DNA of 64,000 nucleotides from the human T2T-CHM13v2.0 reference genome, Homo sapiens. The position numbers and the translations under genes are program-made. This document shows positions 26,573 through 42,500 of the stretch, piece by piece (the stretch's first letter is position 1; each line of letters begins with the position of its first letter). Location of the stretch: the NCBI GenBank assembly GCA_009914755.4, contig CP068257.2:14656001-14720000 (forward strand), written 5' to 3'. The notes under the pieces are model-generated. The model was not told the DNA's origin and searched no databases. It saw nothing but the letters and a program-made list of their open reading frames with translations.

Positions 26573-29500
26573 TCAACGCTTATGGCAGTACTTTGGAAGA
26601 GTGAACTTGTAGACACTAGGTGCTTCAAAACAGAATGATATTAATAACATAATATTTGATTTATAATTTATCTACTTCTCACAACAGAATAGAATAATAT
26701 GTGTAGAGCTTTAAAGCAATACTAGCATACAGTAAGTTCCATGGAAATTCTAACTATTAACTTTATCCTCTGTATCATCATAATCACCATCATCATTATC
26801 CAAATCCTTAATAGATGCTCTTGGGAAAAAGGTCATTTTAAATGATATTACAAATATGACCCTCTTTTCCTCACTGAAGTCAAGCATAAGTTAAAGGATT
26901 TGAGGATGTGCCCTATTACAGAGTTGTTTAAGAATTTTACGTGTAACATCCAATGTTTTTTTCATCCTTAAGTTGTTGCATGAGTTATAATTAAACCTAA
27001 TTTAAAAAAACAGCTAAACTAAATTGGCATTGTTTCTATTTACATTTTAAAAATTAAATCCTAATCAAACTTTTCCTCTTCATTTATATGAAAATTTTGT
27101 CTCCAAATGTGTACATTTATTTTCAGCTGACTTTTCCCAGCCTGTTCCTCTTAGATAGAAATGTCTTCTCTGTACTATTGTTTTTATATGATTTTTTTCA
27201 ATGCTCAACCCTACTTGATATACATACATATACACAACCATGTACAACATTCACTGTACTCTTTGAAATTCATGGCTTAGCACATGAAAAGTAGCATATT
27301 AAACTTTAAAATAATACAAATATATTTGGTTATCCTTGAAAAATATAAACATTCGCAAAAAATATCACCAGCCGCACATACATATATTCATATAAAATAA
27401 TGTATATTAATAAAAAACTTATATAGGCAATGATACAATCATTAAGTGTTAGCTTGGAAGTAGATGGTATCAGAAAATTAGAAAATAGTTCTTGTGTAAG
27501 TTATTCTTCTACTAATTGGTTCTTAGTTTCCTGAGGACTGCTTTCTTAAAAACAGATTTACATGGTATGCAGATCAGTTTTGTGTAGTGTTTTTGTTTTG
27601 TGGTTACTATTATTTTGTTTGTTTTATGTGTGTATTTTTTAAAGTCTGACAGAGTGATAAATGGTGCTAGTTTTAACTTGAGCTTCAAATACTGATTGAT
27701 ATTTTTTAAACATACACCTTTGATACAATAACAAAACAAATAAAAACAGAGCGTTAAGTCAAATGGAGAAACTAGCACAGATAAAATGTTCTAGTTTTCT
27801 GATCTATGCCTGGCAAATAAATGTATGTACTTAGGGAAATTTGGTGTGTTTTCCTATGTGATACATAAACTGGATAATTTTAATATATTCCCCATTTTGG
27901 ACATTATATTAGAGTGAGAAAAACAGAAAATATATTGAAAATCATAAAAAGTATTAGTAAAGTTCTGAAATTAAAATAACTCCATGAGTATTTTTTTAAG
28001 AAAATATTTTCAATTTAGTGATAAATGAGTTTGTATATATACGGCCAAATCCAAAATAGTCTAAAGCTAAGATTGAGGCCTGTCTCAGCTAAATTACATA
28101 AAATCAAATGATAAAAGTTGACACTTAACTCATCTTGGACTTTGGATGTAAAACATATGTTGCTGATGTTAGTTTGACATGTGTCAAACACCTTCAAAAT
28201 GTATGTATGAATATTTATATTCTTCATACATACCTGTTTATGGGATAATATTGAAATTAAATAACATTCTTAGAAAATTAATGTGACAATATCCAAACAG
28301 AATTGAGATCTCAGACACAAAACATCTGAGTTTAGGCCTATTTGCCATTGACCTATTACTAAAGTGCTTCTGAAAAATGTCCTCACAGAAGGTTGTTTGG
28401 CCTTTCATCCTGCTCCAAAGTGGGTGAGCATAGCTCAGCTGATGTCTACAAACTGTCAGATTGTATGAGCAGAGATCGTGTTTTTCCTTCTAACAGTATA
28501 AGTTGCCGTTGTTTAATCTTTTGATGTGGCTCTGGAAGAGAATATGGTCATTGGTACTCACTCTAGGGAAGAAAAAGAGCAGTTGGGGGTGGAGGGAGGA
28601 GGATGCAGATTGAAAGACGTAAAATAGTGGCAAAAGACAGTGTTCCTTCTCCAGAGGTGAAGACCTGAGTCCCAGCTGGGAGACATGTATCAGTTTCTGT
28701 GCCTGGGAACTTCACATCTTTGGCACCTATCTTGTGCTCAGTGTAAGTCCAGCATTAAGATATATGTATTTTTCCTACTGCATAGCATCTAAATGGAAAC
28801 CAGTCATATCATTAACTGGTTAATTAACAGGTAACAAAGAAGCCAAATTAAAAAACAAAAATAAAAATTCTGCCTTTATTAGACTAATTGAGAGGCCCCA
28901 GGTTTTCACCATGCATGGTTGCTTTAGAACCTAACTCCCCAGGAAGATGTGGCTCCATTCTGCTAGGAAGCAGTCTAGAGCAGCACTATGCAAAGTGGGG
29001 TCCATGGGCCAGGCCCTTCTGAGAACAGTTTGATACCCATTAGAAAACATGGAAGTACAAAAATAGAGAGTAAGCCTTTAGAAAATTTCATAGAAAATCA
29101 ACCCAACATTTGTCTGTTGATTCAAGTAATAAAATATGAATGTTTTAATGTCAGTTTTTACATTTAGTTTCTCTAGTTATCCACTTTTACTGTAAATTGG
29201 AAAACATTACTTCATGATTTAGGAAAAAAATAGTCTGGCTTAGACCACAGTTAGTTTGAGAAGCACTGGGGTAGCACTTTTAGAGTTTCAACACAGATCA
29301 ATATAAGACAAGTGTGATCAATGGCAAAAGTATTTTCAATCCCTTGAAACATCAAGGCAACAATGAGGTTGCATAATTATATCCCTAAAGAAATTTACAT
29401 CTTTATTAATAAGCTTTGTCCTCTCTCTTTTCTTAAGTATTCATGTAAAAACATTCTGAATGCAAAAAATCATATTTAAACACTAAATAGAATGTCAGTA

Positions 29501-32049
29501 GAATTGCATTTGTATGTGTTAAAATCCTATTGTCATTTTACTATAAACTTCTTCTCTCCTTGCTGTTATTGCCTAACTTCTATAGGGCATTTGTATGTGG
29601 CCTTCTTAAAACATTTACTGGAAAGAAACTTAATAAAAATAAATTTATCAATCCAAGATGTGATTTCTCATGAGAATCTTGAATATCTGCATTTAGAAAT
29701 TATATATATGGTCATTTATAGAAAAAAGGAAAGATCTCCTTAAAAACTGGAATAAGAAAATGATTTATATAGTCATGCTAACAAAATATCTTATTTTAGC
29801 AACCACCTGTCTATCACTCTTACCAGTGAAAATTATTCATAAAATAGCTGCTCCTTATAACTAGGGGTAAGAGATATGCAAACAAGACTGCTTTTAATCT
29901 TGAAAAGCATGCAAAACAAAATTTAAACATAGACATCAAAAGAGAAAAACTGTTCTCCAATTTGTCACCAAGTCATTGCTCCCTATATTAAGTCCAGCAA
30001 TTCACGAAACCCTCACTCATTGTTTGCAGTGCCCTGTAGCAAGCTGGAAGTGTCTTTATATGTATTATTAAATTGCCGTTACTGCCATCTAGTGGGAAGA
30101 AATACTCCCTGTCACTATGTCAGGGATTGTACATAAAGCCCTAAAGTTCTAAGTGTAAAGGGAAAGCCACAGTTTGTGTGAATCGCAGAGAGCAAAATGG
30201 CAAACTGAAGACACAATCTCATGACAATAGAGACATAATAGACATCTATTCATCGAATAAGTTAAAGAGGTATGTAGGACGAAAAGAAAGGGTGTGGGGA
30301 ATGCATGCATTCACGAGAATTCATTTTGTGTACACCCAAAATTACATCTAAAGTATTATTTCTTATTGAACACAGGTTACCTGAACCAGGACATTTTATT
30401 ACATGTAGACTTATTTTGTCTTTACCTTTTGAATGTAGATGGATTGTTTTGCATGTGCTTATTAAGTCTTAAAAATGAAGACAGCTTAGATCTGTTCTTA
30501 AAAGGTAAGGTTCATACGAAACACTGTAACGAGGGAATCTTGTTACAATGCAGATTCAGACTCCCCGGGGGTCTGCATTTCTAGCAGCTCTTAGGTGATA
30601 CCATGCTCCTGTTTATAGTCAGATCATACTTTAGGCAGTTACAGGCTTCGAGTGGGTTACCAAAGGGAAGGAGTCCAGAAATGAAGCAAACTCCCCCACA
30701 GAGTATATTTCACCGCTTGTTATCTTGTTGTTATAATGTAATAGACTAGTTCATTCAATGGCCTATACAGTCAAATTGCCAAATTCATTTCTTGAGTTTG
30801 TTACTTAACTATGTAGGTAAACTTGGACAAGATATTTCACATCTCTATGACTTAGTTTCATCATCTGTAAAATAAAATAAATCATAACTAAATATATCTA
30901 AATAGACATACATAAATAACTATCTCATGGTTCTTATGGGAAATAAATGAGCTAAAATCTCAGGATGAGCCATATGAAATTGTCCTCTTTATAGATGAAA
31001 AATAAGCATCCACAATTTTATATAGTTAAAACTAAGTATGTAAATTATTTAGTATAATATGTAGCACCTAGTGAACAATAAATGTTAGTATCAGCAACAA
31101 TTGTCACTGGGTAAATTCATAGACACATGAATGTACTAACACCCTAAAAAGTTTCTTTCAATGAAGAAAATTTTGACATCAAATACACATTATGCAGTAG
31201 CACATATAAACCACGAGGACATAAAAAAAAACAAAGACTCTGGATAAAATTAATAATATGATAAACCTGTTCTGGGGAAAAATAGGCCATGAAAGTATCT
31301 ATTGTTTTCTAAATTATTAGAGCAAGCATACTTCATGTTTTTGAATTCTTTGTCGTTCTTACGCTGTAAACATTTTTACATGATTTCAAGCTATGTTACA
31401 TTCCTTAGTTGTATGGTGAATCATAAAATGTGTGATAAATTATTTATATTTATAAAGTTTTGCCTCAAATAATAGCATTTAGCACTGTGCTTTGATGAAG
31501 GGACATTCATTTGTATGAAAAGCAGTTCTGCTTCTTTTGAGTACATTTAGTCACTTTGCTTAAATGAATAGATATTTCCTAATTTTGACCCTCAGGTTTT
31601 AAACTTTGCTTGAAGTGTACTGATTTTTGCTCTTGTGAAGTATTGTTGGTGAACTACAGAGAAGCATGTAACATACTATAAAACTATAAACTTTAAAATT
31701 ATGAGTTAGAATCTGGTTGGTATTAACTTAAATTGATGTTAATGGTTACATATACAGGCTATCAACTGAGATATATTGTAATTCTTTCTAAGGAGTCCTT
31801 CTTTTTCTAAAATTTGAAATCTTTTCAACCTTTTGATGTATATAAAATATTTGTTATAAACCTGTTTTATAATGAAAGTAATTTTTATTACCACGTAGTT
31901 TAGAGACTAAACTTGTAAGTTTCAAGGTTAGTGGAAGAAAGAATTTAAGCCACTATAATCTATTCCACATGGGCAACAAAGTACATTTAAGGAATAAAAC
32001 TATTAGACTATATTTATTGAATGATGAAACTCAAGCTGGTGTTATATAA

Positions 32050-32880
<831 letters not shown>

Positions 32881-33694
32881 GTCTACTCTCATACCTACAC
32901 AGCTATTTTCCGTCTGTTATGGTAAGAAACAGAAGTTAAGGTTGTTAACAAAAATAATTTGGAAAGCAAGACAGGAGATCAACTGTTTGCATCACTTTAG
33001 GCGAAGTTAATTAACACTCAATGTCTGTCTTTGTCTTTTCAGGCTGCTAAAACAAAACATCGTAAATTGTCTGGTGAGGGCCTACATTCTGGTTCATAGA
33101 TGGCATCTTTTCACTGTGTTCTCACATTGGTGGAAAGGAAGAACTCTGGTTTCTTCACTTCCTTATAAGGGCACCAATCTTATTCACGAGGGCTTCACCC
33201 TCGAAATAATCACGTCCTCAAAACCCCCACCTTCTAATATTCTAATACCATCACGTGAGGGCTTAGGTTTCAACATAAGAATTCGGTGGTGGTGGGGTTG
33301 GGGGGAGAGGGAAACAAACATTCAGACCATATCAATGCTTTATTTTTCTCTTTTTAAATCTGGCCATTGTGAGAATTACAGGAGAATTAAAGGCATCTGT
33401 CATCATCCCAGACACATAGTAAGTTCTTAATATGGGTGGTTATTGTTATTTTTTCTGATGTTGTTATTGCTTGAACTTTCAAGATGTAGGGACAAAAGTT
33501 TTATATAAATAACAAGAAGTTCAACTAAACACTGTATTGTACATCCTGTAAATATGTAGAATATGGAGGCACAAAAATGAGCTTTAGGACCAAAATACAA
33601 ATATGTTAAAATAGTTTAGACTCAAGTGTTAATGCTAGATGGTCAGTCCTGAACTTTGCCACCCTACTATTATCAGAGAAGTGAAAAATAATAA

Positions 33695-34009
<315 letters not shown>

Positions 34010-34630
34010 TCTAAGAATAATAATAATCTTACCAACTATTCTATATAAGCATTTTTGGCCCACTGAACACTGTCATATGTAACTTCATTGCACCTTCACA
34101 TCAACCCCACCAAAATATACGTAACAATAGGCTAACTTTAAAATTCCCAACTAAAACAAAAATTGTGACCAGTAAATTACAAAGTTAATAAGAGACACAG
34201 TCAAGGTTGAACACCAGGTCTTCTGACTCTAAGTCAAACTCTCTCTTTATTCCCTGTTGTGTATCATAGGTTGCTGTAGACCAAGTATTGAAAATCTTGT
34301 GTTTTCTTCATTTTGCATTCTTAGTTTATGGGATTATTCAGAAAAAATTAGGAGAGAATACAGTAATTCAAAATCTACAGATTTTTTAAGACACAGATTT
34401 TTGGACATCAGTGTTCAAATCAATAGAAAGTCATGCTTCCCTTCAGCAGCCTTTATTTTGACAATTTTAAGGGGCAGGTACACTAAATTTCTGCTGATTA
34501 GATGGAATGAATCCTATCCTTAAATCATAAAGAGTGTTAATGAATCTGGTAGCAAAAGTTGATTGCAGACTTCTTACAATGACACCATGGGATGACAACT
34601 GTGTTAACACAATTTTGAATATCTCATTAA

Positions 34631-34953
<323 letters not shown>

Positions 34954-34958
34954 TTTTT

Positions 34959-35167
34959 CATACAATTTTGTTCATGTAATATATTAATTGCCTGCCTACC
35001 TTCCTATTACAGGTTTCTTAAACTTTGGTAGATTCTCTTTTGTTTCTGTTCACCAAGGTCCTTCTTCATACGAATTTGTTCATGTAATATATTAATTGCC
35101 TGCCTACCTTCCTATTACAGGTTTCTTAAACTTTGGTAGATTCTCTTTTGTTTCTGTTCACCAAGGT
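34959..35167. repeat. near-perfect tandem duplication, 2 x 101 bp with a 7-bp spacer (ccttctt), abutting the AluY 5' end
   Basis: catac(a/g)aatttgttcatgtaatatattaattgcctgcctaccttcctattacaggtttcttaaactttggtagattctcttttgtttctgttcaccaaggt occurs at 34959-35059 and again at 35067-35167. The two units differ at about 2 positions (caatttt vs cgaattt). Confidence 0.9.
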
Positions 35168-38100
35168 TTTGCCAGACCAAGCTACAGGCAGATTTTTACC
35201 ATTAACAGCTCCTTCTAAAGTTATTCACGTTTGGTCAGTACTCTGGGCTGAAATTCCAACCATCAGTACTCTTTCACTTTGAAAAATAAGCTTGTTTGAC
35301 TTTATTTGGAAACATATAACTGGATTGCTGTGCTGGATGCTAGTGAGCAATGGTTTAAGGACCCCGTTTATTGTAGGAAAGTTTATTACATTTTGTTTTC
35401 ATACTGCTTTACAGGGTTGGAATTTTTTGCAGCATTGGTATATAGACAACATGTCATTTGTTTTAGTTGCTACATGACACCTTAAAGTTTATTTTTTCTC
35501 CAAAGGAAATGGCAACTGTATTCTTTAAAAACACCTATGTAAAAATGAAATAACTAAACTTGTTTTTAGAGTATTCTATATTCTAGATGGATAATGCCGG
35601 AAAAAAAAAGATGCATGTGTACAGCAAAACTTGTTTTATGAAACAACTCCATGGGCCAGGAAAAATTAGTTGCCTAAGAAAGATGTATAGTTAACTGAAA
35701 ATTAAACACATATTGTCTTTGAAATTTATAAGACATTTAAAGCATCCATTTAACTTATCGGTGGTCTCCATATCTGTATAGTTGATGCCAGAAAGAGAGA
35801 ATAAAAGATTACCTAGAGAAATGGACTTTAGGTAAGATTTTAAGATATGAAACATATGAACAAAATTTAGTTTTCCAGATGATTTGTATAAAATACTGCC
35901 AGATAATTTGCTAATTATATGGCACTGGGGACAATAACAAGGATTAATGAAAATGTTCTAACTCAACAGATTTTTAAATAATATTTTTCTTATACAAATA
36001 ATAAAGATTTATTGTAAAAAATAGAAAATATAGATAAGAAAGAGGGAAATTATTCATAATTTCTGCTTTTTAATATAAACTATGCACATTTCAGTATATC
36101 AACATCCATACATTTTTCTATGCATATATACACTATTGCATACTTGAATTAGTCCATATTGTACACAGTCTTTTAAAATTCACACCTTTAACATAAATAT
36201 TGAAAACACCTTTTTCATGTCATAATAGTTTTTGAGAAATTGAGTATCATTTTAAAATAAAAGCAATGTCCTTATTGTGCAAAAGCCTAGCTCCTCCCTG
36301 TTGATTTTCACAAAAAATCTATGTTTGGAAATGATAGAAAACAACATTGTATCATAGTGTTGTTTTTCTAGCAATACCACATAAGCTCCTGGTGTACAAT
36401 CTAGGCACTTGTGGGTGTAACCTTTGAGCATGGCTTCATGTGTTTAAGCCTTAGGGCCTCGAGCACGTCCTAGAACAAGTATGGAGAAATGACATTGGGT
36501 ATGCTAAGGGGCTGAGACCATGGTGAGGTGTAGAATATAGAAGGGCTCAGGAGTAGGTCTGGCTCAGAAGTCAGTGTATGGGGTCTAGGAAGCAGCTCAA
36601 TGTAGGAAGGATGACCTTGAACAAAAAGGTCAAAAATTGGATAAACACGAATTCTCTGAATGAGCACGCATCCATAAACTTTAGGATAACAAAAGGCCAG
36701 GCTGCAAGAGACTGTGAAATGGATATGGATCACAATAATCAATTAAAAAATCTTTGACATACATTAATTCCACTAATATTTATTAAGCATAGGATAGTTT
36801 TATACACCATTCCCAGCTTAAGACAGCTTATAACATACACAATATGGTGAGATGATTGTTAAGTAATAAAAGGCAATAAGTAATTCATATGGTCCAAGAA
36901 TAAGTGCTATAGGGATTTGTTTATTGGAAGGTTTGCTTCTGACTTTTGCAAAGTAGAAATTTATAATGATAATAGCGGCCGATATTGGCAAGTATTTTAT
37001 AGGCCTTATTTTTATGTTCACAACAACATGTGCATAAATTATTATTTTCAGGAACACAGTGCCTATGGTGGTTACAGTCTTGGAGCCAGACTGTCTGAGT
37101 TTGAATCTCAGCCACTTACTTTGTGGCTTTTGGCAATTTATTTAACTCTCTATTTTTCAGTTTTCTCATCTATAGAAAAGAAATAATGGTAGTATCTATT
37201 TGATTTAGTGATTGTAAATACTAAATGTGTTTATATATAATACTTATAAATAGCTCTACAAATGTTAGTTATTGTTATTAATTTTATTTTCGTGGTATAG
37301 AAATGAAGGTTTGGATAATTAAGGTGATATACCTAAGTTATGCAGGTAGTAAATGTTGGAGCCAAGGGTGAATACAGCTCTCTCTTACCTGAACCTGAGT
37401 TCTTAATGTAGCCACTTTGATGTCTCAAACTTTAAGCATGACAAGAGTGAGTCAAAGATAGTTTGGATTTTGATTATGGATGACTGGAATCATTCGTGAA
37501 ATAGGGAAGTGACTAGGAGAGGTTGTTTTTATTGCTATTGTTGGATAAAGGAAAGGTCAGATTTAAGATGTCTTGAATTGGAACTGGTGAGGAGGCATTC
37601 AGGGTGAAATATGTAGCTGTGAGATAGAAATCCTGGACCAGAACTCTGTGGAGAGTTAGAGTGGAAGCTGAGATTAGGGTAGTATCTATGTTAAGTTAAT
37701 AATAAGATTGGCAGGGAGATAATATTTTAAGAAGCAACATATATAAAAAGAAGGACTACGTCGAGAAGTCATAGCATTATTAACCATGGGGAAGAGAAGC
37801 TATTAAAGAACTCAGAAGCAGAATTGATAGGGTCCAACCAGAGTCAGTGATAGCCTGTCAGCATGCAAGATGAAGTCCAAGAACTCCACTAACAACAGGG
37901 TGGAACTCTCAACTATGTGAGTAGAGAGGAAAGATTTTTCTATTTTTCTGATCATGAAATTGCTTATGAGGTACAGGCCCCAGGTGTTATGAAGAATATG
38001 ACTTGGTTCGTTTGGGGCACTGAAGGTACTGGGGGAGGCGCTACTTTTAGAGCGCTCAAATATGCCACGATTTCATTTCATTTTGCTTTCTCCAGGCCTG

Positions 38101-39512
38101 TGACATACTAAGGCAGTTTTTACTTAGGCATCGATATCATTTTCAATTTGGATCATTTCAAAAGAAAGAGAAGGACTTCTATGTGTGTGTGTTATATGTT
38201 TTTTGGCTTTTCTTAGTCAAGTATTTCCGAGGATATTCTACCATTCCTTCTTTTTAATTTCCTGTTTTTGTTTGTTTATCAAATGCACCAGACAATTTAT
38301 CTTTCCCAGAAGTTTTAATTTTTGTTCCTATCTACATAGGAAAGAGCTGGGAAACAGAGTTTTTTTTTTTCATATTTAGATTGACATTAAAGGTATGGCA
38401 GGTTCTGTTTGGGGAGCAATTTTATGATAAATAAAACTAAATTGTGCTCCTAGAAGTTCATAGTGCTGATCAAATGACACTTATATGTTGGTCTTTCTTT
38501 AAAAATTTGTTACAGAAAATAATAAAAATTCTAATAAAATTAATTCTACTTCTAATTAAAGTCTAGAAATAAATCCACTATGATTATTTTGTCAGCTTTA
38601 GCTGAGGAATAACAAAATGAAATAGGATAATTAGCTGGAGCATGGATTTTCTGAAATAGAGGACAGTAAACTACAGTTTTGGAGAGAAATATCTAAATCT
38701 GAAGCACAAAAAGAAGCAACAAAGTTGTTGGAAGTTCTGTTCTAAGCAACTATGAATTTTTTTGTAGTTGCTCTGCTGATTTCTAGGGTATTTCTCTATA
38801 GCTAATACTTGGAAAGATACTTCCTCATTGATATGTGTTTCCTAAAGGCATCATTGGAAGTTGCTTCCTATTTGTCTGATGGGTTCAGGTTGGTATGTTG
38901 AATCCAGTGATGCTGGAATTCAGGGGCCTAAAGTTCAAGGCAGACTTTAGGTCCCCAAGATTAGAAATGGATTATCTGTTTGTGTAGTCTGGAATTTCAT
39001 ATTTCAAGTTGTATTTGAAAATTCATTCCTCTGTTGCATTATATGACTTTTGGCTCTTGGATCATTCAAAACTCTGTCATCGTCTTGGTCCTTTGTGTCA
39101 ATTTGTTTGGTTATAGGTTTTCACAAAACATGGAGTAGCTATGCTGCACAATTGAGATTTTTCATTTATTCTACATCTTTCCTCAGCCAGCACATGATTA
39201 TGTGATTGGTTCAATAGTAGGTCCTCACCAAGACTCTTCACATTTTATGTTGCCTCCACTAGTGTCATATCAGTGTGGCTTTAGTATCAGCCAAATTCAG
39301 ATCCAGGATTTTGTTGCTGAAAACTTAAATTTAGAATCACATGGTGTATATTTAAAGGAACTCTTAGATTCTCCTTTTAAGGAAAGATGTCTGAAAATTT
39401 TAAACATAGGTGTCTGTCATTGTTATGGTTTGGAATTTATACTATGGCTGAAAATATCATTAAATATTGGATGGGTATGATAGCAGTATTGTCACATCTT
39501 TAGCTCTTTTTT

Positions 39513-39578
39513 GGTTATATATATATTTATATAGGTTATATATATATATTTATATAGGTTATATATATGTGTGTGTAT
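39513..39578. repeat. short tandem repeat, ggttatatatatatttatata unit x ~2.5, then (TG)4
   Basis: ggttatatatatatttatataggttatatatatatatttatataggttatatatatgtgtgtgta. Confidence 0.85.
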
Positions 39579-42500
39579 TTTTGGGGACATCTTGAGTTCT
39601 GGGACAGCCTGCTTTGGTGAAAAGAGCCCCAATTTTGGTGTCAGACTGAGTGTGAGTGTAGGCTACATTCAGTTCTATCCCTGCTATTTTCCAACGGTAG
39701 ACACTTTAGTTAAACTTATTTTCTCTGAGCTTCAGTTTCTCAACTAAAAATGGGGGTGCTACATTGTCAGGCTGCTAAAAGTTTCCAATGAGGAAATGCT
39801 AGGAAAACCATCATAGTATTTAGTAGAGTGGAATCGTAATAAATACCAGCTGCCTCTCTTCTCTCTGCCTTATTCCAAATTATGTACACCAGGATGATTT
39901 TTAATGCAAATGAATACCAAATTTTAGCTATCATCCAATTCTTCCACGATCATTCAATCCCTGTTTAGTTCATAGAATCATAACAGCTTGGACTTGAAAG
40001 TGACTTAAATAGCATCTAGTGTAATCTTTCACCTAAAAGGCATGGAGTCTTCCAGATTATGGTTGAATATTTCCCATACTGAGAACTCTACTTCACAAAG
40101 CAACCCACTATAATTTTTAAACTTGATCTTCAATAATAGCTTAAAATCAATTCCTGTAATTATCAAAACCTTTTGCATATCTAAAACCATCTATATTACC
40201 ATGCTTTAAATATTCACATGTGAAGACTTCCCACTATCTTCTGTTGTGTCTCATGTGATAAATTTTTCAGATCCTTCACCACTCTACTAATTTTCACTTT
40301 TAAAGTAGTGTGTTTTAAAATAAGTTGGACATTTTTCCCTGTAAAATACTATTGTTTCTTGCTTTCCTAATTCTAATAAAGGCATTCACCTTCTCCTGGC
40401 CACACAAGAAAGTACAGTTAGAATGTACCCACGCCAATGTTTCTTCTATACATCTTTTGAAATAAAAGTCCCTAACTTGGATATAATATTATACTTTATA
40501 TCAATAAGGTGAACAGAAAAGAACTTGGAAAGCACCCCCATTCATGCTTTCACAAGTGGATATTATGTACTAGCATTTTAGAAGGCACATTAAAATAGTC
40601 AAGAATTTATTTCAGCATTCAGCAGTTCGTGAATCCAGCAGCTCCAGACCACAAACTGCTCAGGGCTCTGACAAAGGGGTTGGGGAAGACTTTTACAGGG
40701 TGAATGTAGAAGCAAGGCAAATAAAATATTTGATTTGTTAAAGTACAGCAGTAGCCTTATTTGGATCATTCCAGTGGGAATCCCTAGTCAGAGGTATGAT
40801 TGACTTAAAATATGACCATTTACACTGAGTGGGGTTTTGACTTGCTTACATAGGAATCAAGGGCGCTGGAGCCACCTCACCCCGCTGGCCTCCCAGTTAA
40901 TTTTTTAACAAGAGAAAACAAAATGAAAAGATATTACTTTTGCTAAAGAACAAAATGTCTATTTGGGAAATGAAGAAAAATAACACAGTATTATCTTCTC
41001 TAATATAGTGCTTCTCAAACTACTTGTGGTGAAGGAAAGTTTAAAAAGAAATTTTAATATCTGTACAGACTAATACTTTTGGGAAATACAAAAAAAAACG
41101 AATTACTAGAAAAAGTTATGTTTAAGATACAAATCTCTATTTGTTGTTTTAATCCACAAATTATTACTTTTTTATTATTTTAAGTTTAGAATCTTGAAAA
41201 AGCTTCTAAATTCTTAATTTGTATACTTACTTTGTCCCAGATAGGTAATGAATAGTTTGCTGAGAGGCACCACTCTCAGTCCACACTCAGGGTAACACTG
41301 TATTAGTGCACATAAAAATAAGGTACAACTGAATCAAAAAAAAGGATCTTGTAGATGCTAGAGATACAACAGTGAACAGACCAAAGGTCCCAGAGTAGAG
41401 AATGACAGATACTAAACAAAGTAAAATACATAGCTATAGAATTTATAACCATGCAATGGTTATAAATTCCATAGAAGAAAAAATAAAGCAGGCAAAAAGG
41501 ATAGGAATAACATATCGAGGGTTGCAAGAAAAATTTAAGGCTATTTCTTTTGATTCATGGTATAAGTTTTTTTTTTTTTCTACAAGCGAACGTCTAATCA
41601 CTTATCTGTGATGGTGATTACATGAGGTTAGCTCTTGTAATCAACTATTTTGTAAATGATAAAATTAGGTTTTCTGAGGAGAAAATAGCCTTTTATTCAC
41701 AAGGGTAATTTTTATTTTTAATATGTTAATTTTAATATTTTAAAATAGATTAATATGTTTCTGATTTTGGCTACTATTTGTTTTAAGATATTTTACCTAT
41801 GGTCATAAATGAAATTGGGCTATAAATTTTTTATTGTGTTCTTCTTATTGGTTTTACTATAAAAGCTGTATTACCCTTGTAAAGAAAATTGGATGGCATT
41901 CCATCTTTTTAAAAAAATCTGTGAGGCGGTTTATGAAAAATAGAGTTTGTATGTATTCTTTGAAGAGAATGATGAAATCTACCTATAAAGTTGGGTAAAT
42001 TGATGAGTGTTATCATTCAGTTCGCTATTTCTCTCTTTAATTGGTATCAAATCTATAATACTTTCTATCTACTGAGGCTTCTATTTTAATGTCTGTATTA
42101 TTAGTTTCCAATATGTCTAATTTTAAAAATCAGCCTATTTTTATTCATATCTGCTATTATAAGCTCTTTTAAAAATGGATATTATTAAGCATACTTATTT
42201 TTAGTCTTTGTTAGGTTGTTACATCAAATAAATTCAAAGTAAATTAAAGTGACAATTTTGGGGCTGTTGCTTGTCTTTTCTATCTATACTAGGTCACTTG
42301 TTTAGGTACTTAGGTTTACAAGCTTATTCTGAGTGAAAAGGCAAGTTAGAAGACTTTCCTCCCCTCCTTACTCACTGTCGGCATTTTTGCAGTTGCCTAG
42401 ACCAGACCCTCCCCACATTTGAGTTGAAGCCACTTCATCCCAATTGCAGAAGCTGTTGGGTTGCCTGGTTCAATTTCTGACTAAAATTTATCTGTATTTA

